The notes below the pieces were generated by a model. That model worked only from the letters and a program-made list of their open reading frames with translations. It made no database searches and was not told where the DNA came from. A stretch of 64,000 nt of DNA from Escherichia coli (lineage in GTDB: Bacteria > Pseudomonadota > Gammaproteobacteria > Enterobacterales > Enterobacteriaceae): assembly GCF_002854065.1 (NCBI RefSeq), contig NZ_CP024154.1, one strand, 5' to 3'. Below, piece by piece: positions 1 to 9,855 of this stretch; position 1 is the first letter of the stretch, and each line of letters starts with the position of its first letter. Both the position numbers and the translations under genes were made by a program.

Positions 1-66
1 TATGCGGTCGCCCGGTAACAGGTGCGGCACGGCCTGATGGAGGCCGCATGTGAGAGGAGAATTCCC

Positions 67-993
67 ATGCCAAACTGGTGCTCGAATCGTATGTATTTTT
101 CTGGTGAACCGGCACAGATCGCTGAGATTAAACGACTGGCCAGCGGTGCAGTTACACCGCTTTATCGCCGCGCCACAAATGAAGGTATTCAGCTGTTTCT
201 GGCCGGAAGTGCCGGACTTCTGCAGACCACTGAAGATGTGTGGTTTGAACCGTGCCCCGGACTGACGGCTGCCGGACGTGGCGTTGTATCGCCGGAGAAT
301 ATCGCGTTCACCCGCTGGCTGACACACCTGCAGAACGGTGTACTGCTGGATGAGCAAAACTGCCTGATGCTGCATGAACTCTGGCTGCAGAGCGGTACTG
401 GCCAGCGTCGCTGGGAAGGATTACCGGACGATGTCAGGGATACCATCACCGCGCTTTTCACCGCAAAAAGAGGTGACTGGTGTGGCTTCTGGAGTAACGA
501 GGATGTATCGGTGTGGTGGAACCGTCTGTGTGACAACGTACTGCCGGAAAAAACCATGCCGTTTGACCTGCTGACGGTTCTGCCCACCCGCCTTGATGTT
601 GAAGTGAATGGCTTTAACGGTGGTGTTCTGAACGGTGTTCCTTCTGCATATCACTGGTATACCGAACAGTATGGCGTGAAGTGGCCTTGTGGGTATGACC
701 TGAATATCAGCAGTCAGGGAGACAACTTCATTCAGGTTGATTTCGACACGCCGTGGTGTCAGCCGGAAAGCGACGTTATTGCAGAATTAAGCCGCCGTTT
801 CAGCTGCACGCTGGAGCACTGGTATGCCGAACAGGGCTGTGATTTCTGTGGCTGGCAGTTGTATGAGCGCGGAGAGCTCGTTGATGTGCTGTGGGGGGAG
901 CTGGAATGGTCTTCCCCGACAGATGACGATGAGCTGCCGGAAGTCACCGGACCTGCGTGGATAGTCGACAATGTGGCGCATTATGGCGGATGA
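67..993 (+). CDS. conserved leading-region protein of unknown function (about 308 aa; ORF open from window start, preferred start ATG 67)
   Basis: Long ORF with SD-like GAGAGGAGAA about 8 nt upstream of ATG 67; Trp/Cys-rich acidic protein; no catalytic motif recognised. Confidence 0.5.
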   Translation: MPNWCSNRMYFSGEPAQIAEIKRLASGAVTPLYRRATNEGIQLFLAGSAGLLQTTEDVWFEPCPGLTAAGRGVVSPENIAFTRWLTHLQNGVLLDEQNCLMLHELWLQSGTGQRRWEGLPDDVRDTITALFTAKRGDWCGFWSNEDVSVWWNRLCDNVLPEKTMPFDLLTVLPTRLDVEVNGFNGGVLNGVPSAYHWYTEQYGVKWPCGYDLNISSQGDNFIQVDFDTPWCQPESDVIAELSRRFSCTLEHWYAEQGCDFCGWQLYERGELVDVLWGELEWSSPTDDDELPEVTGPAWIVDNVAHYGG

Positions 994-1378
994 AGTATGA
1001 CGGAGACGGGCGGGCAACCGCCCGTTTCTTTTCCGGTAAAGGATGTCGCCGTGCTCCTCTTTATTACTGCGCCGGCTGACGCGGCGCGGCATAAACGCTG
1101 CCTGTGGTCAGTGTCCCGCGTCCGGCCGGGCACGGGACGGGCGCTTTTACCGCTCCCGGCTGGCGTCGGTGACAGTGTACGCCAGCCTGTCGCCCTTTTC
1201 TGATGAACGCCCTTCAAGCCGCTTTCGCGGCATAACCTTGCCGTCAAACAGACGACGGCTGCGGTATTCCACGGTCGGCCTGACCCGTTACCGGACGCGG
1301 TGAACAGCCCACAGGCAGCGGGGAACGGGCACCACAGGGGTGCCCTCCCGGTGCCCTCTGTAAGAGAAGGAGTTTTGT

Positions 1379-2062
1379 ATGTCCCGTTTTGTCCTCGGTA
1401 ACTGCATCGATGTTATGGCCCGTATCCCTGATAACGCCATTGATTTCATCCTCACCGACCCGCCGTACCTCGTCGGTTTCCGTGACCGTTCCGGGCGCAC
1501 CATCGCTGGCGATAAAACCGATGAATGGCTGCAACCGGCCTGTAATGAAATGTACCGCGTACTCAAAAAAGATGCGCTGATGGTCAGCTTCTATGGCTGG
1601 AACCGCGTCGATCGCTTTGTGGCCGCCTGGAAAAATGCGGGATTCAGCGTGGTTGGTCACCTGGTCTTCACCAAAAACTACACATCGAAGGCCGCATATG
1701 TGGGCTATCGCCACGAATGCGCCTACATCCTGGCAAAAGGCCGTCCACGTCTGCCACAAAACCCGCTGCCGGACGTGCTGGGCTGGAAATATTCGGGCAA
1801 TCGCCATCACCCGACGGAAAAGCCCGTTACCAGCCTGCAACCGCTGATTGAGAGCTTCACACACCCGAACGCAATTGTGCTGGACCCGTTTGCAGGCAGC
1901 GGCTCAACCTGCGTCGCCGCCCTCCAGTCCGGACGCCGGTATATCGGTATCGAGCTGCTTGAGCAGTATCACCGTGCCGGGCAGCAACGCCTTGCCGCCG
2001 TGCAACGGGCCATGCAGCAGGGGGCCGCGAATGATGACTGGTTTATGCCGGAGGCTGCGTAA
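1379..2062 (+). CDS. orphan DNA methyltransferase (N6-adenine/N4-cytosine type)
   Basis: DPPY motif (ILTDPPYLVGF) followed by FAGSGST AdoMet-binding motif; SD AGAAGGAG upstream; no adjacent restriction endonuclease. Confidence 0.8.
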   Translation: MSRFVLGNCIDVMARIPDNAIDFILTDPPYLVGFRDRSGRTIAGDKTDEWLQPACNEMYRVLKKDALMVSFYGWNRVDRFVAAWKNAGFSVVGHLVFTKNYTSKAAYVGYRHECAYILAKGRPRLPQNPLPDVLGWKYSGNRHHPTEKPVTSLQPLIESFTHPNAIVLDPFAGSGSTCVAALQSGRRYIGIELLEQYHRAGQQRLAAVQRAMQQGAANDDWFMPEAA

Positions 2063-2284
2063 ATGAACTATGCCGGACACGAAAAACTGCGCGCCGAAGT
2101 GGCGGAGGTGGCCAATGCCATGTGCGACCTGCGTACAACCATGAATGAGATGGAGCAGCGGTACAGCTTTAATGCCGACACCCTGCCGGAACGTCTGGTG
2201 CGTCAGACGCTGTTTCGCGCAAACCGCCTCCTGATGGAGGCATATACCGAAATTCTGGAACTGGATGCGTGCTTTAAAGATTGA
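2063..2284 (+). CDS. hypothetical small protein (73 aa), start abuts the methyltransferase stop
   Basis: ATG immediately after the TAA of the upstream gene (TAAATG); ORF only. Confidence 0.4.
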   Translation: MNYAGHEKLRAEVAEVANAMCDLRTTMNEMEQRYSFNADTLPERLVRQTLFRANRLLMEAYTEILELDACFKD

Positions 2285-2297
2285 GAAGGAGACGAGA

Positions 2298-2732
2298 ATG
2301 TACGGAACATGCGAAACGCTATGCCGGGAGCTGGCAGCAAAGTATCCGGGAGACACGCCGCTGATGCTGGTTATCTGGTCCCCGGAAGAAATTCAGGCCC
2401 TCGCTGACGGAATGGATATTTCCCTGTCCGATCATGAAATCAGGACTGTCCTGGCGCGCCTGGAGGACATCCCGGAAGACCAGCGGACTGAATCCGGTAT
2501 TTCTTCCGGTGCGGCGATGGAGATTATCAAATACGTGAGCGAAAACCGCCAGGTGACCGTCCCTGCTGAACTGCTGGCGTCCCTGATTCAGACCGCTGAA
2601 CAGGCACTGTGGAAACGTGAGTGGGCCGCCCGTGATAACGGCCTCGCCGTTCCGGAATGCGTCACCCGCCGACAGGCGGTGGTTAATCAGGCCCGCGCCC
2701 TGCTGAAAAACAACACACGCGAAAACGACTGA
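2298..2732 (+). CDS. hypothetical leading-region protein (145 aa), paralog of ORF 4435-4857
   Basis: SD GAGAAGGAGA upstream of ATG 2298; shares MY.T..E and R.VTVPA motifs with the 4435 product. Confidence 0.55.
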   Translation: MYGTCETLCRELAAKYPGDTPLMLVIWSPEEIQALADGMDISLSDHEIRTVLARLEDIPEDQRTESGISSGAAMEIIKYVSENRQVTVPAELLASLIQTAEQALWKREWAARDNGLAVPECVTRRQAVVNQARALLKNNTREND

Positions 2733-2776
2733 TGTTATCGCCGCCTCCGGGCGGCGATACAGGGAGACCATGAATC

Positions 2777-3547
2777 ATGAACGAAACGCTGAATGCACTG
2801 ATTTGTCGCCACGCCCGTAACCTGCTGCTGGCGCAGGGCTGGCCGGAAGAGACGGATGTTGACCAGCGAAATCCGAACTATCCGGGCTGGATCAGCATTT
2901 ACGTGCAGCTGGATGCGCCCCGGCTGGCGACGTTACTCGTTAACCGCCACGATGGCGTGCTGCCGCCGCACCTGGCCTCCGCCATTCAGAAACTGACCGG
3001 AACCGTGGCGGAACTTGTACTGTCCGGCAGCCAGTGGCAGGCGCTGCCGGTACTTCCGGCAGACGGAACGCAGGTGTCTTTCCCGTATGCCGGTGAATGG
3101 CTGACGGAGGAAGAAATCAGGGCCGTTCTTGATGCGGTGCACGATGCGGTACGCAGTGTCAGTTGCCGGGTGGCAGAAGATGCGCGGCGTATCAGGGCGG
3201 CGCTGACCACAACCGGTCAGACGTTGCTGACCCGCCAGACGCGCCGCTTTCGCCTGGTTGTGAAGGAAAGCGATTACCCCTGCTGGCTCGATGAAGACGA
3301 CGAAAACCTGCCCGTGGTGCTCGATGCCATCCTGAACCGGGGCGCTCGTTTTTCGTCGGTGGAAATGTATCTGGTCAGTGAGTGTGTGGAGCATATCCTG
3401 TCCAGTGGGCTGGCCTGCGATGTGCTGCGTATACCTGATGAACCGTCCCGTCGCTGGTTTGACCGGGATATTCTGCGGGAGGTGGTCCTGGAAGCCCGGA
3501 CTGAAATCCGCAGCATGGCGGATGCACTGGCGAAAATCCGGAAATGA
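2777..3547 (+). CDS. hypothetical leading-region protein (256 aa)
   Basis: Long ORF with SD AGGGAGA upstream; no recognised motif. Confidence 0.5.
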   Translation: MNETLNALICRHARNLLLAQGWPEETDVDQRNPNYPGWISIYVQLDAPRLATLLVNRHDGVLPPHLASAIQKLTGTVAELVLSGSQWQALPVLPADGTQVSFPYAGEWLTEEEIRAVLDAVHDAVRSVSCRVAEDARRIRAALTTTGQTLLTRQTRRFRLVVKESDYPCWLDEDDENLPVVLDAILNRGARFSSVEMYLVSECVEHILSSGLACDVLRIPDEPSRRWFDRDILREVVLEARTEIRSMADALAKIRK

Positions 3548-3619
3548 TGACGCTGGCGGGGAAAAATCTCCGCCTTTTCCAGCCGGTCCCCGGAAAGAGC
3601 AAAAGGATGTCGCCGCAGG

Positions 3620-3945
3620 CTCCGCTTTACCCGGCCATGCGGGGCATGGCCTTGTGGGTTTTCAGTTATGTGGCCTCAGCGCCGTGTGCGGGCTGTGCCG
3701 TGCCTCCATCGTAGCCGGGCTTCTGCGGGCGGGTTGCAAGGTAAGGTGAACCGCTGCGGTCACCCGGTCCCTCCTTCCCGTCTGCCGTGATTTTCCGGTC
3801 GTTCACCCGCTCAGATTTCGCGGTCTCACCCTTCAACTCCCGTCAGCCGTGCGCGTCAGGCTGCGGCTTCCCTTGCGCCCTTGCAACCCTGCAGGCCCGG
3901 CAAAGATGGAGGCACGGCACCGCCCGGTGTCGCGGAATATGTGAA
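3620..3945 (+). repeat. repeat family A copy 1: about 330-bp hairpin-rich element, putative single-strand promoter (Frpo/ssi-like)
   Basis: About 95 percent identical to 10567-10892; contains perfect hairpin GGCCATGC-GGG-GCATGGCC; ends about 20 nt before the klcA start. Confidence 0.6.
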
Positions 3946-3962
3946 CAACGGAGGAAAACATC

Positions 3963-4388
3963 ATGCAATATGCGAAACCTGTCACTCTGAACGTTGAAGA
4001 GTGCGACCGTCTGTCTTTTCTGCCTTACCTGTTTGGCCTGGATTTTCTGTATGCCGAAGCGTCTGTATACGCGCTGGCGAAAAAAATGATGCCGGAATAT
4101 GAAGGCGGATTCTGGCACTTCATCCGCCTGCCGGACGGTGGCGGTTACATGATGCCGGATGGCGACCGTTTCCACATGGTGAACGGTGCAAACTGGTTTG
4201 ACCGTACCGTGAGTGCTGATGCCGCAGGCATCATCCTTACCTCCCTTGTGATTAACCGCCAGTTGTGGCTGTACCACGACAGCGGGGATGCAGGGTTGAC
4301 ACACCTGTACAGGATGCGTGATGCGCAGTTGTGGAGCCACATCGAATTTCACCCCGAATGCAACGCGATTTACGCGGCACTTGACTGA
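3963..4388 (+). CDS. klcA: anti-restriction protein, KlcA/ArdB family
   Basis: 141-aa protein with KlcA/ArdB-like sequence and size; SD GGAGGA upstream; leading-region context. Confidence 0.75.
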   Translation: MQYAKPVTLNVEECDRLSFLPYLFGLDFLYAEASVYALAKKMMPEYEGGFWHFIRLPDGGGYMMPDGDRFHMVNGANWFDRTVSADAAGIILTSLVINRQLWLYHDSGDAGLTHLYRMRDAQLWSHIEFHPECNAIYAALD

Positions 4389-4434
4389 TTAACGGACGGG
4401 GCGGCAATGCCGCCCCTGTAAAGGAGACGAGAAC

Positions 4435-4857
4435 ATGTACTGTACTGTTAAAGAAATCATCCGCGATGTACTGGATACAGACGTGCCGGACAGTGAATGC
4501 GTTTTTGCCGTGGTGCTGACCCGTGGGGATGTGCGTCACATAGCCCGGGACTGGAACCTGTCAGACGATGAGCTGGAAACCGTCATGCAGCGGCTGGACG
4601 ATGCTTTTGTATATGGCGCATGTGACAGAGTTGTTTCCGATATTGTCAATGAACTGATGGAAGAAAAGCGCGCCAGCCGTCATGTGACAGTCCCGGCGGT
4701 GATGCTGGAAAAAGTGATGGCGCTGGCAGGTAGTGAAATGAAGCGCCTGTATGCCGTCGGGAGTGAGAACGGGGGCGACGGTGACGCATTCGTCAGGGAG
4801 GAACTCGAAGCAATGGACGTTGTGTTGCAGGCGCTGGACGGGGAGACGATGTCATGA
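4435..4857 (+). CDS. hypothetical leading-region protein (140 aa), paralog of ORF 2298-2732
   Basis: SD AAAGGAGA upstream; shared MY.T..E, LSD.E..TV..RL.D and R.VTVPA motifs with the 2298 product. Confidence 0.5.
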   Translation: MYCTVKEIIRDVLDTDVPDSECVFAVVLTRGDVRHIARDWNLSDDELETVMQRLDDAFVYGACDRVVSDIVNELMEEKRASRHVTVPAVMLEKVMALAGSEMKRLYAVGSENGGDGDAFVREELEAMDVVLQALDGETMS

Positions 4858-5045
4858 ATATCAGCACAGAAACCCGCGAAATTCTGCGTAATTACAGGGC
4901 CGTGATTAATGCGCGGCGTCGTGAAATGGGGCAGAAACCGCTCACCACCGCGCAGATTGTTGATGAAATCTGCGATTTTGTGGCGAATCAGCAGGCGGTT
5001 TTCCTGGGCGGTCACTACATCCTTCAGGGCAGCAGAAACAGGTGA
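4854..5045 (+). CDS. hypothetical small protein (63 aa), start overlaps upstream stop (ATGA)
   Basis: ORF with translational coupling only. Confidence 0.35.
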   Translation: MNISTETREILRNYRAVINARRREMGQKPLTTAQIVDEICDFVANQQAVFLGGHYILQGSRNR

Positions 5046-5248
5046 TACAGGGGCAGGCGGTGGAGGCCGCCTGTCAGCCCGCGCGAAAACCCCTGGCAGG
5101 CTGACGCCTGCCGGAAACGAGGGGGGCAGCGCCTGCGGCGCTGCCGGCCCGGCTTTCCGGTCAGAAGGTAGTGTATGGCTGTATGCAGGGAACAGGAGTG
5201 ATATTCCGTGACACTGTCACCGTTTCTGGCTGTCTTTTATTGCGCCCA

Positions 5249-5745
5249 CTTCGGCTCCCGGCTGCCTGGCGGCATCCGGTCGTCAGGCCCGACTCCGACG
5301 GGCAGCTGCTGGCGCACCCGCCAGTCTCCGCCGAACCCGCTGGCGCGGTTTCGGGCTGCCGCTACGGTCCGATGCGTGAAAACCCGGCTTGCAGCGACCG
5401 TTCCGGTCGCGCCGCCCCTGTCGCGCCGTGACCTGCGCTCCCTGCACACCTGACGGTGTGTGAGGAAACTGCGCCTGATGGCGCAGCAGTCCTCCCTCCT
5501 GCCGCCACTCCTGCGGCCTGTTTCCCGCTGTGGACTTTCCGGGGGGCAGACGTAACCCCCTCCCGTTCCATCTGTCCAGGGTGAGATGCACCGGCCACAA
5601 AATTTTTAGCCATGAACCCGGCAAAAAATTTTGCGTCCGCCCCCGGACAGCTGCCCCGTGAGGCGGTAAACGGGCCCCCATCGGAAAGGTCCACTGCGGG
5701 GAGAAACCCCTGTGAAGTGGACGGCAGGAGGAGCTTTCGCTCCTC
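5249..5745 (+). repeat. repeat family B copy 1: about 500-bp hairpin-rich element, putative single-strand promoter/ssi
   Basis: Near-identical to 11592-12090 and partially to 14681-15010; multiple perfect hairpins (GCGACCG-TTC-CGGTCGC, ACACC-TGAC-GGTGT); ends about 70 nt before ssb. Confidence 0.6.
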
Positions 5746-5814
5746 TGAAGGGGCACATGAACGTCCCGTCGCCGGTATCCGGTTTATCTCACATCTTTCA
5801 GTCAGGAGGTTCTT

Positions 5815-6342
5815 ATGAGTGCACGTGGTATCAACAAGGTCATCCTCGTCGGGCGTCTGGGCAATGATCCGGAAGTCCGTTACATCCCCAACGGGGGCGC
5901 AGTGGCAAACCTGCAGGTGGCTACGTCAGAAAGCTGGCGCGACAAACAGACGGGGGAAATGAAGGAACAGACGGAATGGCACCGCGTGGTGCTGTTCGGC
6001 AAGCTCGCGGAAGTGGCTGGCGAATATCTGCGCAAGGGCGCGCAGGTCTACATCGAGGGGCAACTCCGTACCCGTAGCTGGGAAGATAACGGTATCACCC
6101 GTTACGTCACTGAAATTCTTGTTAAGACCACGGGCACCATGCAGATGCTGGGGAGTGCACCACAGCAGAACGCTCAGGCGCAACCGAAGCCTCAGCAGAA
6201 TGGGCAGCCACAGAGTGCTGACGCGACGAAAAAAGGTGGCGCGAAAACGAAAGGCCGTGGACGTAAGGCCGCGCAGCCCGAGCCTCAGCCGCAAACGCCG
6301 GAGGGGGAGGATTACGGGTTTTCAGACGACATCCCGTTCTGA
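5815..6342 (+). CDS. ssb: plasmid single-stranded DNA-binding protein
   Basis: OB-fold SSB N-terminus ([18 protein letters not shown]), Gly/Gln/Pro-rich linker and acidic C-terminal DDIPF tail; SD AGGAGG. Confidence 0.92.
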   Translation: MSARGINKVILVGRLGNDPEVRYIPNGGAVANLQVATSESWRDKQTGEMKEQTEWHRVVLFGKLAEVAGEYLRKGAQVYIEGQLRTRSWEDNGITRYVTEILVKTTGTMQMLGSAPQQNAQAQPKPQQNGQPQSADATKKGGAKTKGRGRKAAQPEPQPQTPEGEDYGFSDDIPF

Positions 6343-6393
6343 TCGGGCTGACTGTGACAACCGCCCCGCCCTGTGCGGGGCATCACCGGAGAT

Positions 6394-6633
6394 ATGAGGA
6401 TGAGCGAATATTTCAGAATACTTCAGGGACTGCCGGACGGCTCCTTTACCCGCGAACAGGCGGAAGCCGTTGCCGCACAGTACCGGAACGTCTTTATCGA
6501 GGATGATCAGGGAACGCATTTTCGCCTGGTTGTCCGCAATAACAGTGGTCTGGTCTGGCGTACCTGGAATTTTGAGGACGGTGCCGGGTACTGGATGAAC
6601 CATGCCATCCGTGATTTCGGGATTCTTAAGTAA
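6394..6633 (+). CDS. hypothetical small leading-region protein (about 79 aa)
   Basis: ORF with ATG at 6394/6400 and purine-rich upstream sequence. Confidence 0.45.
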   Translation: MRMSEYFRILQGLPDGSFTREQAEAVAAQYRNVFIEDDQGTHFRLVVRNNSGLVWRTWNFEDGAGYWMNHAIRDFGILK

Positions 6634-6691
6634 GAGAGGTGCCGGACGCGCGAACGTCCGGCAGGACATAAGCAATTATAAGGGGATGATT

Positions 6692-8650
6692 ATGCCTGTA
6701 ACGAAGTGTGAACCAGAAACCACCCGCAAAGCAAGCCGTAAATCTGCAAAAACGCAGGAAACTGTCCTGTCTGCCCTGCTGGCGCAGACGGAGGAAGTGA
6801 GCGTGCCGCTGGCCTCGCTGATTAAATCACCGCTGAATGTGCGCACGGTGCCGTATTCTGCGGAGTCCGTCAGCGAACTGGCTGAGTCCATTAAGGGCGT
6901 TGGCCTGTTGCAGAATCTGGTCGTGCATACTCTGCCTGGTGACCGTTACGGTGTCGCCGCAGGTGGTCGCCGACTGGCTGCACTCAACATGCTGGCAGAG
7001 CGTGGCATCATTCCGGCTGACTGGCCTGTCCGTGTGAAGGTCATTCCGCAGGAGCTGGCGACGGCGGCATCAATGACTGAAAACGGTCATCGTCGGGATA
7101 TGCACCCTGCTGAACAGATTGCCGGATTCCGCGCAATGGCGCAGGAAGGCAAAACACCTGCACAAATCGGTGATTTGCTGGGCTATTCACCCCGCCACGT
7201 TCAGCGAATGCTGAAACTGGCTGACCTTGCGCCTGTCATCCTCGATGCGCTGGCAGAAGACCGCATCACCACCGAACACTGTCAGGCGCTGGCGCTGGAG
7301 AACGACACCGCGCGTCAGGTGCAGGTGTTTGAAGCTGCCTGTCAGTCGGGATGGGGCGGAAAACCGGATGTGCGGGTTATCCGCAATCTGATTACGGAAA
7401 GTGAAGTGGCGGTGGCGGGGAACAGTAAATTCCGCTTCGTGGGGGCTGATGCCTTCTCGCCAGACGAACTGCGCACCGATTTGTTCAGCGACGACGAGGG
7501 TGGCTATGTGGACTGCGTGGCGCTCGATGCCGCCCTGCTGGAAAAACTCCAGGCTGTCGCAGAGTTCCTTCGGGAAGCCGAAGGCTGGGGATGGTGCGCC
7601 GGACGCATGGAGCCTGTCGGTGAGTGCCGTGAGGATGCCGGAACATACCGCAACCTGCCGGAGCCGGAAGCGGTGCTGACCGAGGCGGAAGAAGAACGTC
7701 TGAACGAACTGATGACGCGTTACGACGCGCTGGAAAACCAGTGTGAGGAATCTGACCTGCTGGAAGCAGAAATGAAGCTGATGCGCTGCATGGCGAAGGT
7801 CAGAGCGTGGACGCCGGAGATGCGTGCCGGAGGTGGCGTGGTGGTGTCCTGGCGTTATGGCAATGTGTGTGTCCAGCGTGGTGTGCAGTTGCGCAGTGAG
7901 GATGATGCGGCTGACGACGCTGACCGCACGGAACAGGTGCAGGAAAAAGCATCAGTGGAGGAAATCAGTCTGCCACTGCTGACGAAAATGTCTTCCGAAC
8001 GCACGCTGGCAGTCCAGGCAGCACTGATGCAGCAACCGGACAAATCCCTGACACTGCTGGCATGGACGCTCTGCCTGAATGTGTTTGGCAGCGGAGCGTA
8101 CAGTAAACCAGCACAAATCAGCCTGGAATGTAAACATTATTCGCTGACCAGCGATGCGCCATCGGGGAAGGAAGGTACCGCATTCATGGCGCTGATGGCA
8201 GAAAAAGCCCGTCTTGCTGCCCTGTTACCGGAGGGATGGTCACGGGACATGACGACATTCCTGTCACTCAGTCAGGAGGTGCTGTTATCCCTGCTGAGTT
8301 TCTGCACCGCATGCAGCCTTAACGGTGTCCAGACCCGTGAGTGTGGTCACACGTCACGCAGTCCGCTTGACACGCTGGAAACCGCTATCGGATTCCACAT
8401 GCGCGACTGGTGGCAGCCGACAAAAGCAAACTTCTTCGGACACCTGAAAAAGCCGCAGATTATCGCAGCTCTGAATGAGGCAGGACTGTCCGGTGCCGCA
8501 CGGGATGCGGAGAAGATGAAGAAAGGCGATGCGGCTGAACATGCAGAGTTCCACATGAAAGACAACTGCTGGGTGCCTGGCTGGATGTGTGCACCACGTC
8601 CACAGACGGATACCACTGAACGCACCGATAACCTGGCTGATGCCGCCTGA
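6692..8650 (+). CDS. ParB-like nuclease-domain protein (about 653 aa)
   Basis: N-terminal ParB/Srx-like region (LIKSPLNVR, GLLQNLVV, AGGRRLAAL, HRRDMHPAEQ); long acidic C-terminal extension; between ssb and psiB. Confidence 0.7.
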   Translation: MPVTKCEPETTRKASRKSAKTQETVLSALLAQTEEVSVPLASLIKSPLNVRTVPYSAESVSELAESIKGVGLLQNLVVHTLPGDRYGVAAGGRRLAALNMLAERGIIPADWPVRVKVIPQELATAASMTENGHRRDMHPAEQIAGFRAMAQEGKTPAQIGDLLGYSPRHVQRMLKLADLAPVILDALAEDRITTEHCQALALENDTARQVQVFEAACQSGWGGKPDVRVIRNLITESEVAVAGNSKFRFVGADAFSPDELRTDLFSDDEGGYVDCVALDAALLEKLQAVAEFLREAEGWGWCAGRMEPVGECREDAGTYRNLPEPEAVLTEAEEERLNELMTRYDALENQCEESDLLEAEMKLMRCMAKVRAWTPEMRAGGGVVVSWRYGNVCVQRGVQLRSEDDAADDADRTEQVQEKASVEEISLPLLTKMSSERTLAVQAALMQQPDKSLTLLAWTLCLNVFGSGAYSKPAQISLECKHYSLTSDAPSGKEGTAFMALMAEKARLAALLPEGWSRDMTTFLSLSQEVLLSLLSFCTACSLNGVQTRECGHTSRSPLDTLETAIGFHMRDWWQPTKANFFGHLKKPQIIAALNEAGLSGAARDAEKMKKGDAAEHAEFHMKDNCWVPGWMCAPRPQTDTTERTDNLADAA

Positions 8651-8704
8651 TGAACAACCACACCGCCCCGCCGGAGACGGGGCGGCAGCAAGGGAGATAC
8701 CGTG

Positions 8705-9139
8705 ATGAAAACTGAACTGACCCTGAATGTATTACAGACCATGAGTGCACAGGAATATGAAGATATCCGGGCTGCCGGAAGTGATGAACGCCGTGAGCTG
8801 ACACACGCCGTGATGCGGGAACTGGATGCGCCGGACAACTGGACGATGAATGGCGAGTACGGCAGCGAGTTCGGCGGCTTTTTCCCCGTCCAGGTCCGTT
8901 TCACGCCTGCCCACGAACGTTTTCACCTGGCGTTATGTTCACCGGGCGATGTCTCTCAGGTCTGGGTGCTGGTTCTGGTGAATGCCGGTGGTGAGCCGTT
9001 TGCGGTGGTTCAGGTGCAGCGGCGGTTTGCACCGGAAGCTGTCAGCCATTCACTGGCACTGGCGGCGTCACTGGATGCGCAGGGGTACAGCGTTAACGAC
9101 ATCATTCATATCCTGATGGCGGAAGGAGGTCAGGCATGA
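8705..9139 (+). CDS. psiB: plasmid SOS inhibition protein B
   Basis: 144-aa product; position immediately upstream of and overlapping psiA; SD AGGGAGA. Confidence 0.85.
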   Translation: MKTELTLNVLQTMSAQEYEDIRAAGSDERRELTHAVMRELDAPDNWTMNGEYGSEFGGFFPVQVRFTPAHERFHLALCSPGDVSQVWVLVLVNAGGEPFAVVQVQRRFAPEAVSHSLALAASLDAQGYSVNDIIHILMAEGGQA

Positions 9140-9855
9140 GCGCACGTTCACGGGCACTGATCCCCCTCAGCGCAGAACAACAGGCCGCCATGCAGGCGGT
9201 GGCTGTCACAGAACAACGTCGTCGTCAGGGACGCACACTTTCAGCATGGCCTTATGCCACCGCTTTCTTTCGCTGCCTGAATGGCAGTCGCCGGATTTCG
9301 CTGACCGATCTCCGCTTTTTTGCCCCTGCGCTGACGAAGGAGGAATTTCATGGCAACCGTCTCCTGTGGCTGGCTGCCGTGGATAAACTGATTGAAAGTT
9401 TTGGGGAAGTCTGTGTTCTTCCCCTGCCATCCGATGCGGGGCACCGTCTGTTCCCGTCCCTGCCTTTTCGTGAAGGTGAGCGTCGTCGTCAGAAAACCAC
9501 GCTGACAGAGCAGAAATACAGCCGCCAGCGGGAACGTGAGGCAGAACGACGGGAACTGGAATACCAGACATGTTTTGCTCAGGCGCAGATTGACCTTGCG
9601 TTTCATACTCCCGCCACGGTCGGAAGCTGGTTGTCCCGCTGGTCTGGTGTTGTTGAGGAGCATGATCTGGAAACGATTTTCTGGGGGTGGTGCGGGCGTT
9701 TTCCATCACTGTCATCATTTGACCGGTTTTTCTGGCAGGAGGAACCACTCTGGCGGCTGATTTTTGAAGCCGGTGAGGCCGGTCGTGGTGCACCGGTACA
9801 GGTACGTGCACTTGAGCAGTGGATGATCCCGAACAAGCTGGAGAACGTAATATGA
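9136..9855 (+). CDS. psiA: plasmid SOS inhibition protein A
   Basis: 239-aa product, start overlaps psiB stop (ATGA); typical psiB-psiA pair. Confidence 0.85.
   Translation: MSARSRALIPLSAEQQAAMQAVAVTEQRRRQGRTLSAWPYATAFFRCLNGSRRISLTDLRFFAPALTKEEFHGNRLLWLAAVDKLIESFGEVCVLPLPSDAGHRLFPSLPFREGERRRQKTTLTEQKYSRQREREAERRELEYQTCFAQAQIDLAFHTPATVGSWLSRWSGVVEEHDLETIFWGWCGRFPSLSSFDRFFWQEEPLWRLIFEAGEAGRGAPVQVRALEQWMIPNKLENVI

Noticed and set aside
22-66. Upstream extension of the first ORF to position 22
   Set aside because: The ORF-track start at 22 is a non-ATG codon with no SD; ATG 67 has a well-spaced SD. The frame is open to the window start, so a longer upstream start outside the window cannot be excluded
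3787-3990. ORF-track reading frames lying inside repeat family A copies (for example 3787-3990, 10506-10738, 10735-10989)
   Set aside because: They fall entirely within duplicated, hairpin-rich non-coding repeats and lack ribosome-binding sites; GC-rich structured DNA generates open frames by chance
5283-5756. Long ORFs on both strands inside repeat family B copies (for example 5283-5756, 11626-12159, 14678-15052)
   Set aside because: Same reasoning: the repeats are near-identical at DNA level with frame-breaking indels between copies, which argues for RNA/DNA structure rather than coding
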